A stretch of 64,000 nt of DNA from assembly GCA_017856455.1 (NCBI GenBank), contig JAFMEZ010000001.1:10439-74438 (forward strand). The letters run 5' to 3'. How positions within the stretch are numbered: the stretch's first letter is position 1; each line of letters opens with the position of its first letter. The notes below the pieces were generated by a model, which saw only the letters and a list, made by a program, of their open reading frames with translations, was not told the origin of the DNA and ran no database searches. Source of the DNA: Parafilimonas sp. GTDB lineage: Bacteria > Bacteroidota > Bacteroidia > Chitinophagales > Chitinophagaceae. Positions 49,307-59,412 of this stretch are shown one piece after another. The translations under genes and the position numbers were made by a program.

Positions 49307-50476
49307 TCAATTGACCTGGACAATCAAAAATTTTAAGTAATTGGTATTTTCTAATCCTTTGATAATAGGATGATCTGGGGATTGCGCCTGAAATACAACT
49401 TGTCTTAAACTTCTTCTTGCATCTTTGGCAGCCATTTCTATGATTTCATAAAACAAATCAGGCTGAACAAGATTTGTACATGAGGAAGTCACCAGAAATC
49501 CTCCAGGCTTTACCAGTTTCATTCCGCGTAAATTGATTTCTTTGTATCCACTGATGGCCTTTTGAATATTATCTCTTGTTTTTGTAAACGATGGAGGATC
49601 TAACATTACAACATCCCATTTTTTTCCTTCCTTGCTCCACTCTTTAAGTGCATCAAAAGCATTTACGCATTGAAAGGAGATGTTCTCAAGATTGTTCAAT
49701 GCAGCATTTTCTCTTGCATGTTTTACCGCAGATTCAGAGATGTCTAGTCCAAGCACATGTTTTGCGCCATAACTTGCAGCGTGTATCTCAAATGTTCCGG
49801 TATAGCAAAATGCTCCTAAAACATCTGCATCTTTAACAATATGCTGGATCGCTCTTCGGTTGTCTTGCTGATCTAAAAAATATCCTGTTTTTTGTCCCTT
49901 TTCAACATCCACAATAAACTTCAATCCATTTTCAATAATGGGTATTCTTGTATCAAATGGCTTTGATAAAAAGCCTTTGTGTTGTGATAGTCCTTCCAGT
50001 TCTCTAACTGGCACATCATTTCTTTCGTAAATGCCTTTTGGGGTAAATATTTTTTCAATCGCGTCTACAATTGCTCCTTTCCATTTATCAATGCCAAGTG
50101 CAAGGGTTTGAATAACAAAATAGTCATTGAATTTATCAATGATCAATTGTGGCAAACCGTCGGCCTCTCCAAATATCAATCTGCAATTTTCTGTATAACC
50201 TATTTTCTTCCGATACTCCCATGCTTTTAAAATAGATGCATGAAAGAAATGAGCATCAATGGTAACATTTTTATCACGCGTTAGCAAACGAACTGGAATA
50301 CGCGAAATGGGATTTACATATCCCTTGCCTATAAATTTTCCATCATGTGAAAGGACTTCTGCAATATCACCGGCTTCCATTTCATCATCCATGAGATCAA
50401 TTTCATTTGCAAAGATCCAAGGATGTCCATTTGCAACTCTATTGCTGATTCTTTTCTTTAACACCACTTTCTTCAT
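49307..50476 (-). CDS. rlmI: RlmI-family rRNA m5C methyltransferase (PUA plus SAM domain)
   Basis: GHPWIF, GEADGLP.LIID, GQKTGYFLDQ, LDPPSF, YLK. Confidence 0.88.
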   Translation of the reverse strand: MKKVVLKKRISNRVANGHPWIFANEIDLMDDEMEAGDIAEVLSHDGKFIGKGYVNPISRIPVRLLTRDKNVTIDAHFFHASILKAWEYRKKIGYTENCRLIFGEADGLPQLIIDKFNDYFVIQTLALGIDKWKGAIVDAIEKIFTPKGIYERNDVPVRELEGLSQHKGFLSKPFDTRIPIIENGLKFIVDVEKGQKTGYFLDQQDNRRAIQHIVKDADVLGAFCYTGTFEIHAASYGAKHVLGLDISESAVKHARENAALNNLENISFQCVNAFDALKEWSKEGKKWDVVMLDPPSFTKTRDNIQKAISGYKEINLRGMKLVKPGGFLVTSSCTNLVQPDLFYEIIEMAAKDARRSLRQVVFQAQSPDHPIIKGLENTNYLKFLIVQVN

Positions 50477-50559
50477 CCCCCAAAGTTAAACTTTCATAGA
50501 AAAGGCGGAAATTCGCTTTTTTACTGAAAAAAACCGCCATTTTGACTCAAATTGACCCA

Positions 50560-50575
50560 TTGGCAAGCCATTTGA
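50560..50575 (+). promoter_or_regulatory. Candidate sigma54-type -24/-12 promoter for grpE-dnaJ
   Basis: TTGGCAAGCCATTTGA: GG-N10-GA spacing, close to TGGCAC-N5-TTGC. Confidence 0.5.
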
Positions 50576-50602
50576 ACTGATTGTTTAGCAAAAATATAAA
50601 CT

Positions 50603-51130
50603 ATGGATGAGAAGGAGACTGTGAAAAATCCAATTGATGAAAATCAACAAGCAGCAGGAAATACACCGGAAGATGAAGTGAATGAGTTGGATAATCTAAA
50701 AAAGGAGCTCGACGAGCAGAAAGAAAAATTCATCAGGTTGTATGCTGATTTTGACAATTTCAAGCGCAGAAATGCAAAAGAAAGGGTCGAGCTGATTCAA
50801 ACTGCAGGAAGAGAGGTTATTCAAGCTATGCTTGAAGTACTGGATGATTGTGAGCGTGCAGAAAAGCAAATGAATCATAGCGATGACTTGAATCAAATAC
50901 GGGAAGGAATATCACTGGTGTTCAATAAGTTTAGGAATGTTTTACAGTCAAAAGGACTTAAAGAGATGAAATCAATTGGAGAAGAGTTTAATCCCGATTT
51001 CCATGAAGCCATCACAGAAATTCCTGTGCCTGATGAAAAAATGAAAGGGAAAATAGTGGATGAAGTTGAAAAAGGCTATACGTTGAATGATAAAATCATT
51101 CGCTTCTCAAAAGTGGTTGTAGGTAAATAA
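50603..51130 (+). CDS. grpE: Nucleotide exchange factor GrpE
   Basis: [33 protein letters not shown]. Confidence 0.97.
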   Translation: MDEKETVKNPIDENQQAAGNTPEDEVNELDNLKKELDEQKEKFIRLYADFDNFKRRNAKERVELIQTAGREVIQAMLEVLDDCERAEKQMNHSDDLNQIREGISLVFNKFRNVLQSKGLKEMKSIGEEFNPDFHEAITEIPVPDEKMKGKIVDEVEKGYTLNDKIIRFSKVVVGK

Positions 51131-51150
51131 ATCAGGACCAACTAAACATT

Positions 51151-52311
51151 ATGGCAAAAAGAGATTATTACGAAATATTAGGCGTTGCAAAATCAGCAAG
51201 TGCGGATGAAATAAAGAAGGCATACCGAAAAGTAGCCATGCAATTTCATCCAGATAGAAATCCGGGCGACAAAGCGGCCGAAGAAAAATTTAAAGAAGCT
51301 GCTGAAGCATACGAGGTATTGAGTGATCAGGAGAAGAAAGCACAATATGATCGTTTCGGTCATGCAGGGGTTAATAATCGAGGTGGTTTTGGAGGCGGAC
51401 AGGGCATGAACATGGATGATATCTTCAGCAATTTTGGTGATATTTTCGGCGATGATATTTTCGGAAGTTTCTTTGGTGGAGGTGGAGCACGTCAACGTGG
51501 TGGAAAGGCAAGAGGAACAAGAGGAAGCAATCTTCGCATCAAATTGAAGATGAACTATGAAGAGATTGCAAAAGGTGCAAACAAAACGGTTAAGGTCAAG
51601 AAATATACAAGCTGCAATACTTGCAGCGGTTCTGGAGCAAAGGATAAAAACGCGGTTCAAAATTGTTCTACATGTAATGGAACCGGACAAGTAAGAAAGG
51701 TTACAAGTACTTTCTTGGGACAAATGCAAACTGTTGGTACATGTCCCACTTGCAATGGAGAAGGTTCAACGATTACAAATAAATGTACAGCCTGTAAAGG
51801 TGAGGGTAGGGTATACACTGAAGAAACAATTAACATTGATATCCCAGCTGGTGTTCAGGATGGCATGCAATTGAGTTTAAGTGGGAAAGGAAATATTGGT
51901 GAACGTGGAGGTGCTCCTGGCGACTTAATTGTTTTGATTGAAGAAGAAGCACATCCTGATTTGCAAAGAGATAACCTCAATGTGATCTATGATATGCATA
52001 TCAGCATACCTGATGCCATTTTTGGTTCAAACGTAGAAGTCCCAACAATTGATGGAAGAGCGAAAATAAAAATACCCCCAGGTACCCAAAGTGGTAAGAT
52101 ATTTCGTCTGAAAGGGAAAGGATTTCCATCTATCAATTCTTATGAAAAAGGAGATCAGTTGATTCATGTAAATGTTTGGACACCTCAGGAGCTTACTTCA
52201 GAAGAAAAAGAGATGATTGAAAAATTACGTGATGCAAAAAACTTTCAACCTCAGCCTGAAAAAAATGAGAAAAGCTTCTTTAATAAAGTAAAAGAGATGT
52301 TTGGATCCTAA
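51151..52311 (+). CDS. dnaJ: Chaperone DnaJ
   Basis: HPD motif, G/F region, four CxxCxGxG repeats. Confidence 0.99.
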   Translation: MAKRDYYEILGVAKSASADEIKKAYRKVAMQFHPDRNPGDKAAEEKFKEAAEAYEVLSDQEKKAQYDRFGHAGVNNRGGFGGGQGMNMDDIFSNFGDIFGDDIFGSFFGGGGARQRGGKARGTRGSNLRIKLKMNYEEIAKGANKTVKVKKYTSCNTCSGSGAKDKNAVQNCSTCNGTGQVRKVTSTFLGQMQTVGTCPTCNGEGSTITNKCTACKGEGRVYTEETINIDIPAGVQDGMQLSLSGKGNIGERGGAPGDLIVLIEEEAHPDLQRDNLNVIYDMHISIPDAIFGSNVEVPTIDGRAKIKIPPGTQSGKIFRLKGKGFPSINSYEKGDQLIHVNVWTPQELTSEEKEMIEKLRDAKNFQPQPEKNEKSFFNKVKEMFGS

Positions 52312-52313
52312 GT

Positions 52314-52847
52314 TTAATGTTCAACTTGCATGATTTGGTCAAGATTTCTGCCAAGACCATCATAATCTAATCCATATCCAACCACAAACAAATTTGGTAT
52401 TTCAAATCCCAAATAATCTATTTTTATGGGATGCACCGTAGCTTCTTTTTTATGCAGCAATGAACAGATTTTTATAGAAGCTGGTTGATGATCTTGCAAT
52501 TGCGGTAAAAATGCAGAAAGAGTTTTCCCTGTATCTACAATGTCTTCAATCAGAATGACATCTCTGTTGTGTAGTACTGCTTCAAGGCCAATGGCTGTAA
52601 CAACATTTCCAGTTGAACTTGTGCCTTTATATGATGCGAGTTTTATAAAGCTGATCTCGGCATCAATACTCAGTTGTTTAAATAGGTCTGATGCAAACAT
52701 GAATGAGCCATTCAATATTGCAATACACAGCGGTGATCTGCCTTTGTAATCCATGTTGATTTGTTCGGCAATTCTGGTAACTGCTTGCTGTATATCTTTC
52801 CCAGTTAAAAAAGGGACAAATGTTTTATCGTGAATTATCTTTTTCAT
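52314..52847 (-). CDS. hpt: Hypoxanthine phosphoribosyltransferase
   Basis: ILNGSFMF, ILIEDIVDTGKT, FVVGYGLDY. Confidence 0.95.
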   Translation of the reverse strand: MKKIIHDKTFVPFLTGKDIQQAVTRIAEQINMDYKGRSPLCIAILNGSFMFASDLFKQLSIDAEISFIKLASYKGTSSTGNVVTAIGLEAVLHNRDVILIEDIVDTGKTLSAFLPQLQDHQPASIKICSLLHKKEATVHPIKIDYLGFEIPNLFVVGYGLDYDGLGRNLDQIMQVEH

Positions 52848-53925
52848 TTTTTGCGTGATCTCTTTTTAGCTGATGATTTCTTTTTTTACTGGCAATCTTT
52901 GACTTGGTATTATTAACCGTTCCTTTCTTTGGTTTTAAATGTAGTTTTTGTCCAATCTTCAATTTACTGTTACTTTTTAGTTTATTGTATTGAAGAAGGT
53001 AAGCAAGTTTGACTCCTTCATGCTGACTGACATCTCTTAGGTTTTCACCACGATTAACCCTGTGTATTGATTTATTCCCAGTTGATTTTTTAGCTTGTAA
53101 AAAAACCAACTCATTTTTTTTCAATGTAGCGGTTGATTTTGGAAGCTCATTGTATGAAAGCAATTTTGGAAGTGCAACTTTGTATTTTTTTGAAATCGCC
53201 AAAAATGATGCTCCTGCATTTGCAAAAATCACATTGGTTCCATTGATTTTGAAAACACCTTCCGGGTAAGAAGTTTTTTTAGAAAAACTGGAGTTTGAAT
53301 TTTTTGATAATTTATTTGATGGACTGATTCCTTTTTCTCTTAACTCATCCAGATAATCAGAAATATCATACTTTTCTTTTTCATCCTCTTTTGCATAATC
53401 ATTCAAATTGTTGAGTTGATATTCTTCAATGAATTTTATTAATGTTTCAGCATAAATTGGATTGGTTGCGTATCCAGCTTTTTTGAGTCCCCATGCCCAA
53501 CCACTGTAATCATCTGGATCAAGTTCAAATAAACTTGCATATCTGGGTTGTGTTTTTAAATAGTCAGAATGATCTTTATATGAACTTAGTGCATCATTAT
53601 ATTTTCTGAAACACTCTCCCTGTGCATCATCGTCATGGTAAACCTTTGGGCCAGTCCAGGTGGATTTGCATTTAATACCAAAGTGATTGTTGGATTCCAA
53701 TACAAGCTGACTTTTCCCTGCTTGCGTTTCAAGAATTCCCTGCGCAATTTTGATAGATGCTGGTACACCTGTTCTTGCCATTTCATTGATCGCAATATCT
53801 GCGTAACGGGTAATATAATTGAGCACATCTTCATTCGGGACAGTCTGACTTTTTAAACTGAGTGAAAAAATCAGCGCTATAAAAATGTGAAGAATATATG
53901 GAATTGGATTTTTTATTCTCATCAT
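52825..53925 (-). CDS. GH73 glucosaminidase with LysM domains (peptidoglycan hydrolase)
   Basis: PASIKIAQGILE, NNHFGIKC, GYATNP.YA; C-terminal LysM-like repeats. Confidence 0.9.
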   Translation of the reverse strand: MMRIKNPIPYILHIFIALIFSLSLKSQTVPNEDVLNYITRYADIAINEMARTGVPASIKIAQGILETQAGKSQLVLESNNHFGIKCKSTWTGPKVYHDDDAQGECFRKYNDALSSYKDHSDYLKTQPRYASLFELDPDDYSGWAWGLKKAGYATNPIYAETLIKFIEEYQLNNLNDYAKEDEKEKYDISDYLDELREKGISPSNKLSKNSNSSFSKKTSYPEGVFKINGTNVIFANAGASFLAISKKYKVALPKLLSYNELPKSTATLKKNELVFLQAKKSTGNKSIHRVNRGENLRDVSQHEGVKLAYLLQYNKLKSNSKLKIGQKLHLKPKKGTVNNTKSKIASKKRNHQLKRDHAKNEKDNSR

Positions 53926-53929
53926 AAAC

Positions 53930-54568
53930 TTATTTTTTTTGAATGATGGTAATACCATCTCTTATGGTAAGCATCACAAAGTCAATATTGTTGATTTTTT
54001 TTAAATGCTCATTGAATGCTGCAATTGCTTTAGCGCTTTTCCCCTTGATATTTTCTGAAAGCACCTCACCATGGAAGAGTACATTATCAAACAGAAGGAA
54101 AGTTCCAGCCCTTACATGCTCATTTAAAAAATTGAAATAGTCAATATATCCTGTTTTGTCTGCATCTATAAAAACCAGGTCCCAATCTTCATTTATAGAG
54201 CTAATCAACTGATGAGCATCTCCTACATGAAGTTGAATATTTGATTTGTATTCACTCTTATTGAAGAATGAATGAGCGATCTCAGCATCGGCCTCCCTCA
54301 TTTCTATGGTATGAAGTAAACCATTTACAGCTAATCCCTCTGCAAGACAAATTGAACTGTATCCGGTAAATGTTCCAATTTCCAGGATTCTTTTGGGTTT
54401 GATCATTCTGCTTACCATTGACAAAAACTTTCCCTGAACGGGGCCGCTTAGCATATGCGGTTCAACATGATGTTGGTAAGTAAAATCATGGATTTCCTGC
54501 AGCAATTTTGATGTCGCTGTACTGTGCTCTTGTACATAAAGATCTGCTGCCTGAGAAATGAATTCCAT
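53930..54568 (-). CDS. Class I O-methyltransferase (caffeoyl-CoA/YrrM-like)
   Basis: MLSG..QG, LEIGTFTGYS, FIDADK, DNVLFHG, RDG. Confidence 0.9.
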   Translation of the reverse strand: MEFISQAADLYVQEHSTATSKLLQEIHDFTYQHHVEPHMLSGPVQGKFLSMVSRMIKPKRILEIGTFTGYSSICLAEGLAVNGLLHTIEMREADAEIAHSFFNKSEYKSNIQLHVGDAHQLISSINEDWDLVFIDADKTGYIDYFNFLNEHVRAGTFLLFDNVLFHGEVLSENIKGKSAKAIAAFNEHLKKINNIDFVMLTIRDGITIIQKK

Positions 54569-54628
54569 TGGCGGCAAATTTACAAGGTTTGAACTATAGG
54601 GAGAGGTGCGTTTTGTTAAAAAACCTGA

Positions 54629-56131
54629 TTATGATTGTTTCTTTGAAAAGAGCCAAAGTCCTATGAATGTTAAGATACCGTTGATCAGAAGCATTTCAAA
54701 TCCGATTTGATAGCCCTTGAAAATAACTGGTGCATTTTTTCCTAGCAAGTATGACAATACTGGGGCAAGCAAGCAAATGGCAGTTACACCATATCCAGTT
54801 TTCAGTGTTCTTTTGGTTAAAATACCAAAAGCAAACAAACCAAGTAATGGTCCATAGGTATATCCTGCAAGGTCAAGAATAACACCAATGATCGATTTAT
54901 TATTGATCCATTTAAATAATAAGATGCACAGCAAAAACACAAATGCAAAACTGAGGTGAACAGTCATCCTTGTTTTTTTCTGTTCTGCTTCAGACATATC
55001 CTCTCTTCTTTTTATGCCTAAGATATCAATGCAAAAGGACGAAGTGAGCGCAGTCAAGGCTCCGTCAGCACTTGGGAATAATGCAGATATCAATGCAATA
55101 ATAAAAATGATGCCAATGGTTTGAGGCAAGTGATAAAGTGCTATGGTTGGAAACAAGTCGTCTCCGATGATATTTTTATTTTGAAAGAGGAAAGTTTTTT
55201 CTTGATAAAATGCGCCTTTATCAATCATATATAAATAAAGCAGTCCACCTAATACCAAAAAAAGAAGGTTGACAATAACCAGCGTTGTTGTGAAGGTTAT
55301 AATATTCTTTTGAGAGTCTTGCATTCTCTTTACGCTGATATTCTTCTGCATCATTTCTTGATCCATACCCGTCATGGTAATTGCAATTACTGCACCACCA
55401 ATGATATTTTTTAAAAAAAATGATTTGTTGAGCAAATTCGTATCAAACACATTCAGGTAGTCGTGTTCTTTCATTCTGACAAGCGCATCTCCAAATGAGA
55501 TATTCATTTGAGAGAGAATATATACAAGACAGATTACCAGTCCCAACAGCATAAAACTGGTTTGTAATGTATCCGTATACACGATGGTTTTAACTCCTCC
55601 TTTCCAAGTGTAGAGCAAAATCATCAGCAGAATAATGGCAGTGGTTACTACGAACGGCACACCCATCTGGTCTAAAATGAAAATTTGTAAAACATTGATG
55701 ACCAAATAGAGTCTTGCTGTTGCTCCAAAAAGTCTTGAAATGATAAAGAAGAATGCTCCAGTTTTATAGCTTTCTCTGCTTAGTCTGATTTCCAGGTAAT
55801 GGTAGATAGATGTTAGATTCAATTTATAGTATAATGGAATCAGTACAAAAGCAATTACCATGTATCCGATAATATATCCAAGTATGACCTGGAAATAACC
55901 AAATCCACCATATCCTCCATTCACTAAATTTCCAACTGTACCCGGAACCGATACGAATGTTACACCGGAAAGCGATGTACCTATCATCCCAAAAGCTACC
56001 AGTACCCAATTTGAATTGCGGTTTCCAATAAAAAATGTTTCATTGGTTGCATTTCTCGAAGTATAGGCTGCAACGCCAAGTAAAATCAGGAAGTATCCGA
56101 TTACGAATGAAAAAAGTAAAATAGGTGACAT
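54629..56131 (-). CDS. Sodium:solute symporter family transporter
   Basis: FF.GNR, GTSLSGVTFVSVPG, GG.K.IV.TD..Q, DQ.MMQ, many TM segments. Confidence 0.92.
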   Translation of the reverse strand: MSPILLFSFVIGYFLILLGVAAYTSRNATNETFFIGNRNSNWVLVAFGMIGTSLSGVTFVSVPGTVGNLVNGGYGGFGYFQVILGYIIGYMVIAFVLIPLYYKLNLTSIYHYLEIRLSRESYKTGAFFFIISRLFGATARLYLVINVLQIFILDQMGVPFVVTTAIILLMILLYTWKGGVKTIVYTDTLQTSFMLLGLVICLVYILSQMNISFGDALVRMKEHDYLNVFDTNLLNKSFFLKNIIGGAVIAITMTGMDQEMMQKNISVKRMQDSQKNIITFTTTLVIVNLLFLVLGGLLYLYMIDKGAFYQEKTFLFQNKNIIGDDLFPTIALYHLPQTIGIIFIIALISALFPSADGALTALTSSFCIDILGIKRREDMSEAEQKKTRMTVHLSFAFVFLLCILLFKWINNKSIIGVILDLAGYTYGPLLGLFAFGILTKRTLKTGYGVTAICLLAPVLSYLLGKNAPVIFKGYQIGFEMLLINGILTFIGLWLFSKKQS

Positions 56132-56193
56132 GGTTCAATAATCTTCAGGCAAGATAACGCAAAACTTAAAAGCTTTGTGGCGATATTTCCATC

Positions 56194-56216
56194 AAAAACA
56201 TTTTGAAAATGTTTTT
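56194..56216. repeat. Perfect 11-1-11 inverted repeat in the divergent symporter/recN promoter region
   Basis: AAAAACATTTT-G-AAAATGTTTTT. Confidence 0.6.
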
Positions 56217-56269
56217 TTCTTTTGAATTCTTTAAGGTGACTAGCATTATTCCTCCTAATTTTGAGATCC

Positions 56270-57925
56270 ATGTTAACGCGACTCTATATTAAAAATTTTG
56301 CTATCATACAGGAATTGGAAATCCAATTCAAAAATGGTCTGGTAATCATCACTGGTGAAACGGGAGCTGGTAAAAGTATTTTAATGGGGGCATTGGGACT
56401 AGCACTTGGTGAGAGAGCAGATGCTTCGCAGATAAAAGACAAGGATTTAAAATCAATCATCGAAGCTGAGTTTGCCATAAAGTCAAATAAAGAATTAAAA
56501 GAGTTCTATCAGCAAAATGACTTAGACTGGGAAGAAAATGTAGTCATTAGAAGAGAGTTGATGACAAATGGTAAATCTCGTGCTTTCATCAATGATACTC
56601 CATTTCCCCTCTCTCAGATTCAGGAGCTTACATCTATGCTGGTTGACCTGCATCAACAATTCGATACTCTTGAGCTCAGCAATAAACATTTTCAGCGATT
56701 AATTTTAGATGCCCGCTCAAATTGTTTGGATGAATTGGCATCTTATCAAAAAGTCTATCATCGTTATAAGGACATCGAAAAAGAGATTATTTCGCTTCAG
56801 GAAAATTTGAAGAGAGCTGCACAGGAGAAAGAGTATAAAGAGTTTTTACTTGCTGAATTGGATGACTTGAATTGGCAAGAAAATGAAGAGAATACTATCG
56901 CAGAGGAGTTGAATTTGCTTACACATGCAGAGCAAATAAAGCAATCGGTTGGCACTGCAGCATATATTTTGAACGAAGGTGAAAAACCTTTGGTAGCAGA
57001 AATTAAATCTATCATTTCAACTCTTCAGCCAATTGTAAAGTATCACTCAGGATTAGAGGAGCTTTTGTCTAGACTGATGTCAACACAGGTTGAACTAAAG
57101 GACCTCGGAAGTGAGTTGTCGGCTATTGCAGATAGGGTATCCACTGATGAAAAAAGATTAGATCAATTGAATGCAAGGCAATCATTTGCACAACGCTTGG
57201 TTAAAAAGCATGGACTGCAATCAGCAAATGAATTGTTACCGCTACAGCAGTCATTAAGTAATTCTTTGTCATCTTTTCAAGTCGATCAATCAAATTTGGA
57301 AAAATTGCAAAATCAATTGGCTGATCATGAAAAAGAGGCCATGGTGATTGCGAACAAACTCCATCAAAAAAGGTCTAAGCAGATCCCATTGTTGGAGTCT
57401 GATGTAAAAGAATTGCTTTCAAGGGTGGGCATGCCCAATGCACAGCTTAAAATTGGAATGAGTCAAATTGGATTGTCTCTCTTTGGTATCGATAATATCG
57501 AATTCTTATTTGATGCCAATAAGAGTGGGAAATTTGAGCCATTGCATAAGGTGGCCAGTGGGGGAGAGTTGAGCAGGCTAATGTTGGTGCTAAAATCATT
57601 GGTTGCTCAATCGCTTGAAATGCCAACATTGATTTTTGACGAAATTGACAGTGGTATAAGTGGTGAGGCTGCAAAACAAGTAGGCATATTAATGGATGAA
57701 TTGTCAAAAGGTCATCAATTGATTAGCATCACCCATCAACCTCAGATTGCAGCAAAAGCTGATCAGCATCTTTTTGTTTTCAAAACTGAATCTAATGGTT
57801 CAGTTACTACTAATATCAAGACCCTCACCAAAGAAGAAAGAGTGCAGGCAATTGCACAAATGCTATCAGGGGAAAATCCAAGTGAAAATGCATTGGCAAA
57901 TGCAAAAGAGATGCTCAAAGGCTGA
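56270..57925 (+). CDS. recN: DNA repair protein RecN
   Basis: TGETGAGKS, ASGGELSR, FDEIDSGISG, ITHQPQIA; ATG 56270 follows -7 box TAATTTTG. Confidence 0.97.
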   Translation: MLTRLYIKNFAIIQELEIQFKNGLVIITGETGAGKSILMGALGLALGERADASQIKDKDLKSIIEAEFAIKSNKELKEFYQQNDLDWEENVVIRRELMTNGKSRAFINDTPFPLSQIQELTSMLVDLHQQFDTLELSNKHFQRLILDARSNCLDELASYQKVYHRYKDIEKEIISLQENLKRAAQEKEYKEFLLAELDDLNWQENEENTIAEELNLLTHAEQIKQSVGTAAYILNEGEKPLVAEIKSIISTLQPIVKYHSGLEELLSRLMSTQVELKDLGSELSAIADRVSTDEKRLDQLNARQSFAQRLVKKHGLQSANELLPLQQSLSNSLSSFQVDQSNLEKLQNQLADHEKEAMVIANKLHQKRSKQIPLLESDVKELLSRVGMPNAQLKIGMSQIGLSLFGIDNIEFLFDANKSGKFEPLHKVASGGELSRLMLVLKSLVAQSLEMPTLIFDEIDSGISGEAAKQVGILMDELSKGHQLISITHQPQIAAKADQHLFVFKTESNGSVTTNIKTLTKEERVQAIAQMLSGENPSENALANAKEMLKG

Positions 57926-57963
57926 TTGTTCAAACTTATTATCTTTGTCATAAATCTATTTAC

Positions 57964-58776
57964 ATGTCGAACCAACTGTTGAAAGGTAAAAAAGGAATCA
58001 TATTTGGCGCATTGGATGAGAAATCAATTGCTTGGAAAACAGCACTTGCCTGTCATGCACAAGGTGCACAACTGGTACTTACTAATGCTCCTGTTGCTTT
58101 GCGTATGGGAGAAATCAACAAGTTGGCAGAAGCAGTAAATGCACCTGTAATTGGTGCTGATGTGGTAAACATGGACGATCTCAAGAACCTGTTTACTGAG
58201 TCAATGAAGCATTTTGGAGGGGGTGTTGATTTCATTCTCCATTCTATTGGAATGAGTTTGAATGTGAGAAAGGGAAAGACATACACTGAAATCGATTATG
58301 GATTCAATCAAAAGACATTGGATATTTCTGCCATGTCTTTACACAGGGTTTTGAGAACTGCGTATGAAATGGATGCGCTGAATGAATGGGGAAGCGTTGT
58401 GGCATTGACTTATATAGCAGCGCAAAGAGTTTTTCCAGATTACAATGAAATGGCAGATGCAAAAGCATTATTGGAAAGTGTATCCAGGAGCTTTGGCTAC
58501 CATTATGGAGTGAAGAAAAAAGTTCGCATCAACACTATATCACAATCACCTACCCGCACAACCGCCGGTAGTGGTGTAAAAGGATTTGACGGATTCATTT
58601 CCTATGCTGAAAAGATGAGTCCACTTGGTAATGCATCTGCAGAGGACTGTGCGAATTATTGCGTGACCATGTTTTCAGATATGACAAGAATGGTAACAAT
58701 GCAGAATCTCTTTCATGACGGCGGATTTTCATTTACGGGTGTTACCAATGCAGTCATTGAACAAATGGAAAAATAA
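57964..58776 (+). CDS. fabI: Enoyl-ACP reductase FabI
   Basis: GAL..KSIAW, HSIGMS, Y..M..AKA.LES, VTMQNLFHDGG. Confidence 0.93.
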   Translation: MSNQLLKGKKGIIFGALDEKSIAWKTALACHAQGAQLVLTNAPVALRMGEINKLAEAVNAPVIGADVVNMDDLKNLFTESMKHFGGGVDFILHSIGMSLNVRKGKTYTEIDYGFNQKTLDISAMSLHRVLRTAYEMDALNEWGSVVALTYIAAQRVFPDYNEMADAKALLESVSRSFGYHYGVKKKVRINTISQSPTRTTAGSGVKGFDGFISYAEKMSPLGNASAEDCANYCVTMFSDMTRMVTMQNLFHDGGFSFTGVTNAVIEQMEK

Positions 58777-58788
58777 AAACTCAGTAAG

Positions 58789-59046
58789 ATGGAGTGGATT
58801 GATTATTTGGGATTGGTAGGTGTTGTATCTGGGTCACTAACATTTGTACCTCAAGTATATAAAGCCTGGAAATCAAAATCAGTAGGCGATCTTTCAATTT
58901 GGATGATTCTTATATTGATAACCAATGTTACAATTTGGTTGGTCTACGGTATTGTCAGAGATGATTTTCCGATGATTCTTGCAAATGCAATCATCATGGT
59001 GCTTTCATTATTGATGCTTTATTTTAAATTGACGTTTAAGAAATAA
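58789..59046 (+). CDS. SemiSWEET (PQ-loop) transporter
   Basis: 85 aa, 3 TM segments, FVPQV.K.W, DLS, W..YG, P...AN. Confidence 0.9.
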   Translation: MEWIDYLGLVGVVSGSLTFVPQVYKAWKSKSVGDLSIWMILILITNVTIWLVYGIVRDDFPMILANAIIMVLSLLMLYFKLTFKK

Positions 59047-59080
59047 AATAAAAAAGACCACTTGTGTGGTCTTTTTTATT
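59047..59080. terminator. Bidirectional intrinsic terminator
   Basis: AATAAAAAAGACCAC-ttgt-GTGGTCTTTTTTATT. Confidence 0.85.
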
Positions 59081-59300
59081 AATATTCATCTTCGTTGAAG
59101 AAGAAGTCTTCTTGGCTTGGATAATCTGGCCAGATGTCGTCAATACCTTCGTAGATATCTCCTTCGTCTTCCAGCTCCTGGAGATTTTCAATTACTTCGA
59201 TTGGTGCGCCGCTGCGGATGGAATAGTCAATCAATTCATCCTTTGTTGCAGGCCATGGGGCATCTTCCAAATAAGAGGCCAATTCTAGTGTCCAGAACAT
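59079..59300 (-). CDS. DUF2795 family small acidic protein
   Basis: MFWTLELASYLEDAPWPATKDELIDY...FFFNEDEY; own -7 box TACATTTG. Confidence 0.88.
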   Translation of the reverse strand: MFWTLELASYLEDAPWPATKDELIDYSIRSGAPIEVIENLQELEDEGDIYEGIDDIWPDYPSQEDFFFNEDEY

Positions 59301-59412
59301 ATGCGCTTCTTTAAATTTCGGCAAATGTAATGGTTAATTTGATATCTCCAACGCTTAAAATTTCAACAATAATCACTTCAATGGACATAACTTTATGCCA
59401 ATATAAGGAACC

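Noticed and set aside
51193-51729. 178 aa ORF antisense to dnaJ, and similar shadow ORFs such as 8655-9122, 11294-11701 and 32881-33234
   Set aside because: Fully nested opposite well-supported genes and lacking recognisable motifs; expected from codon bias.
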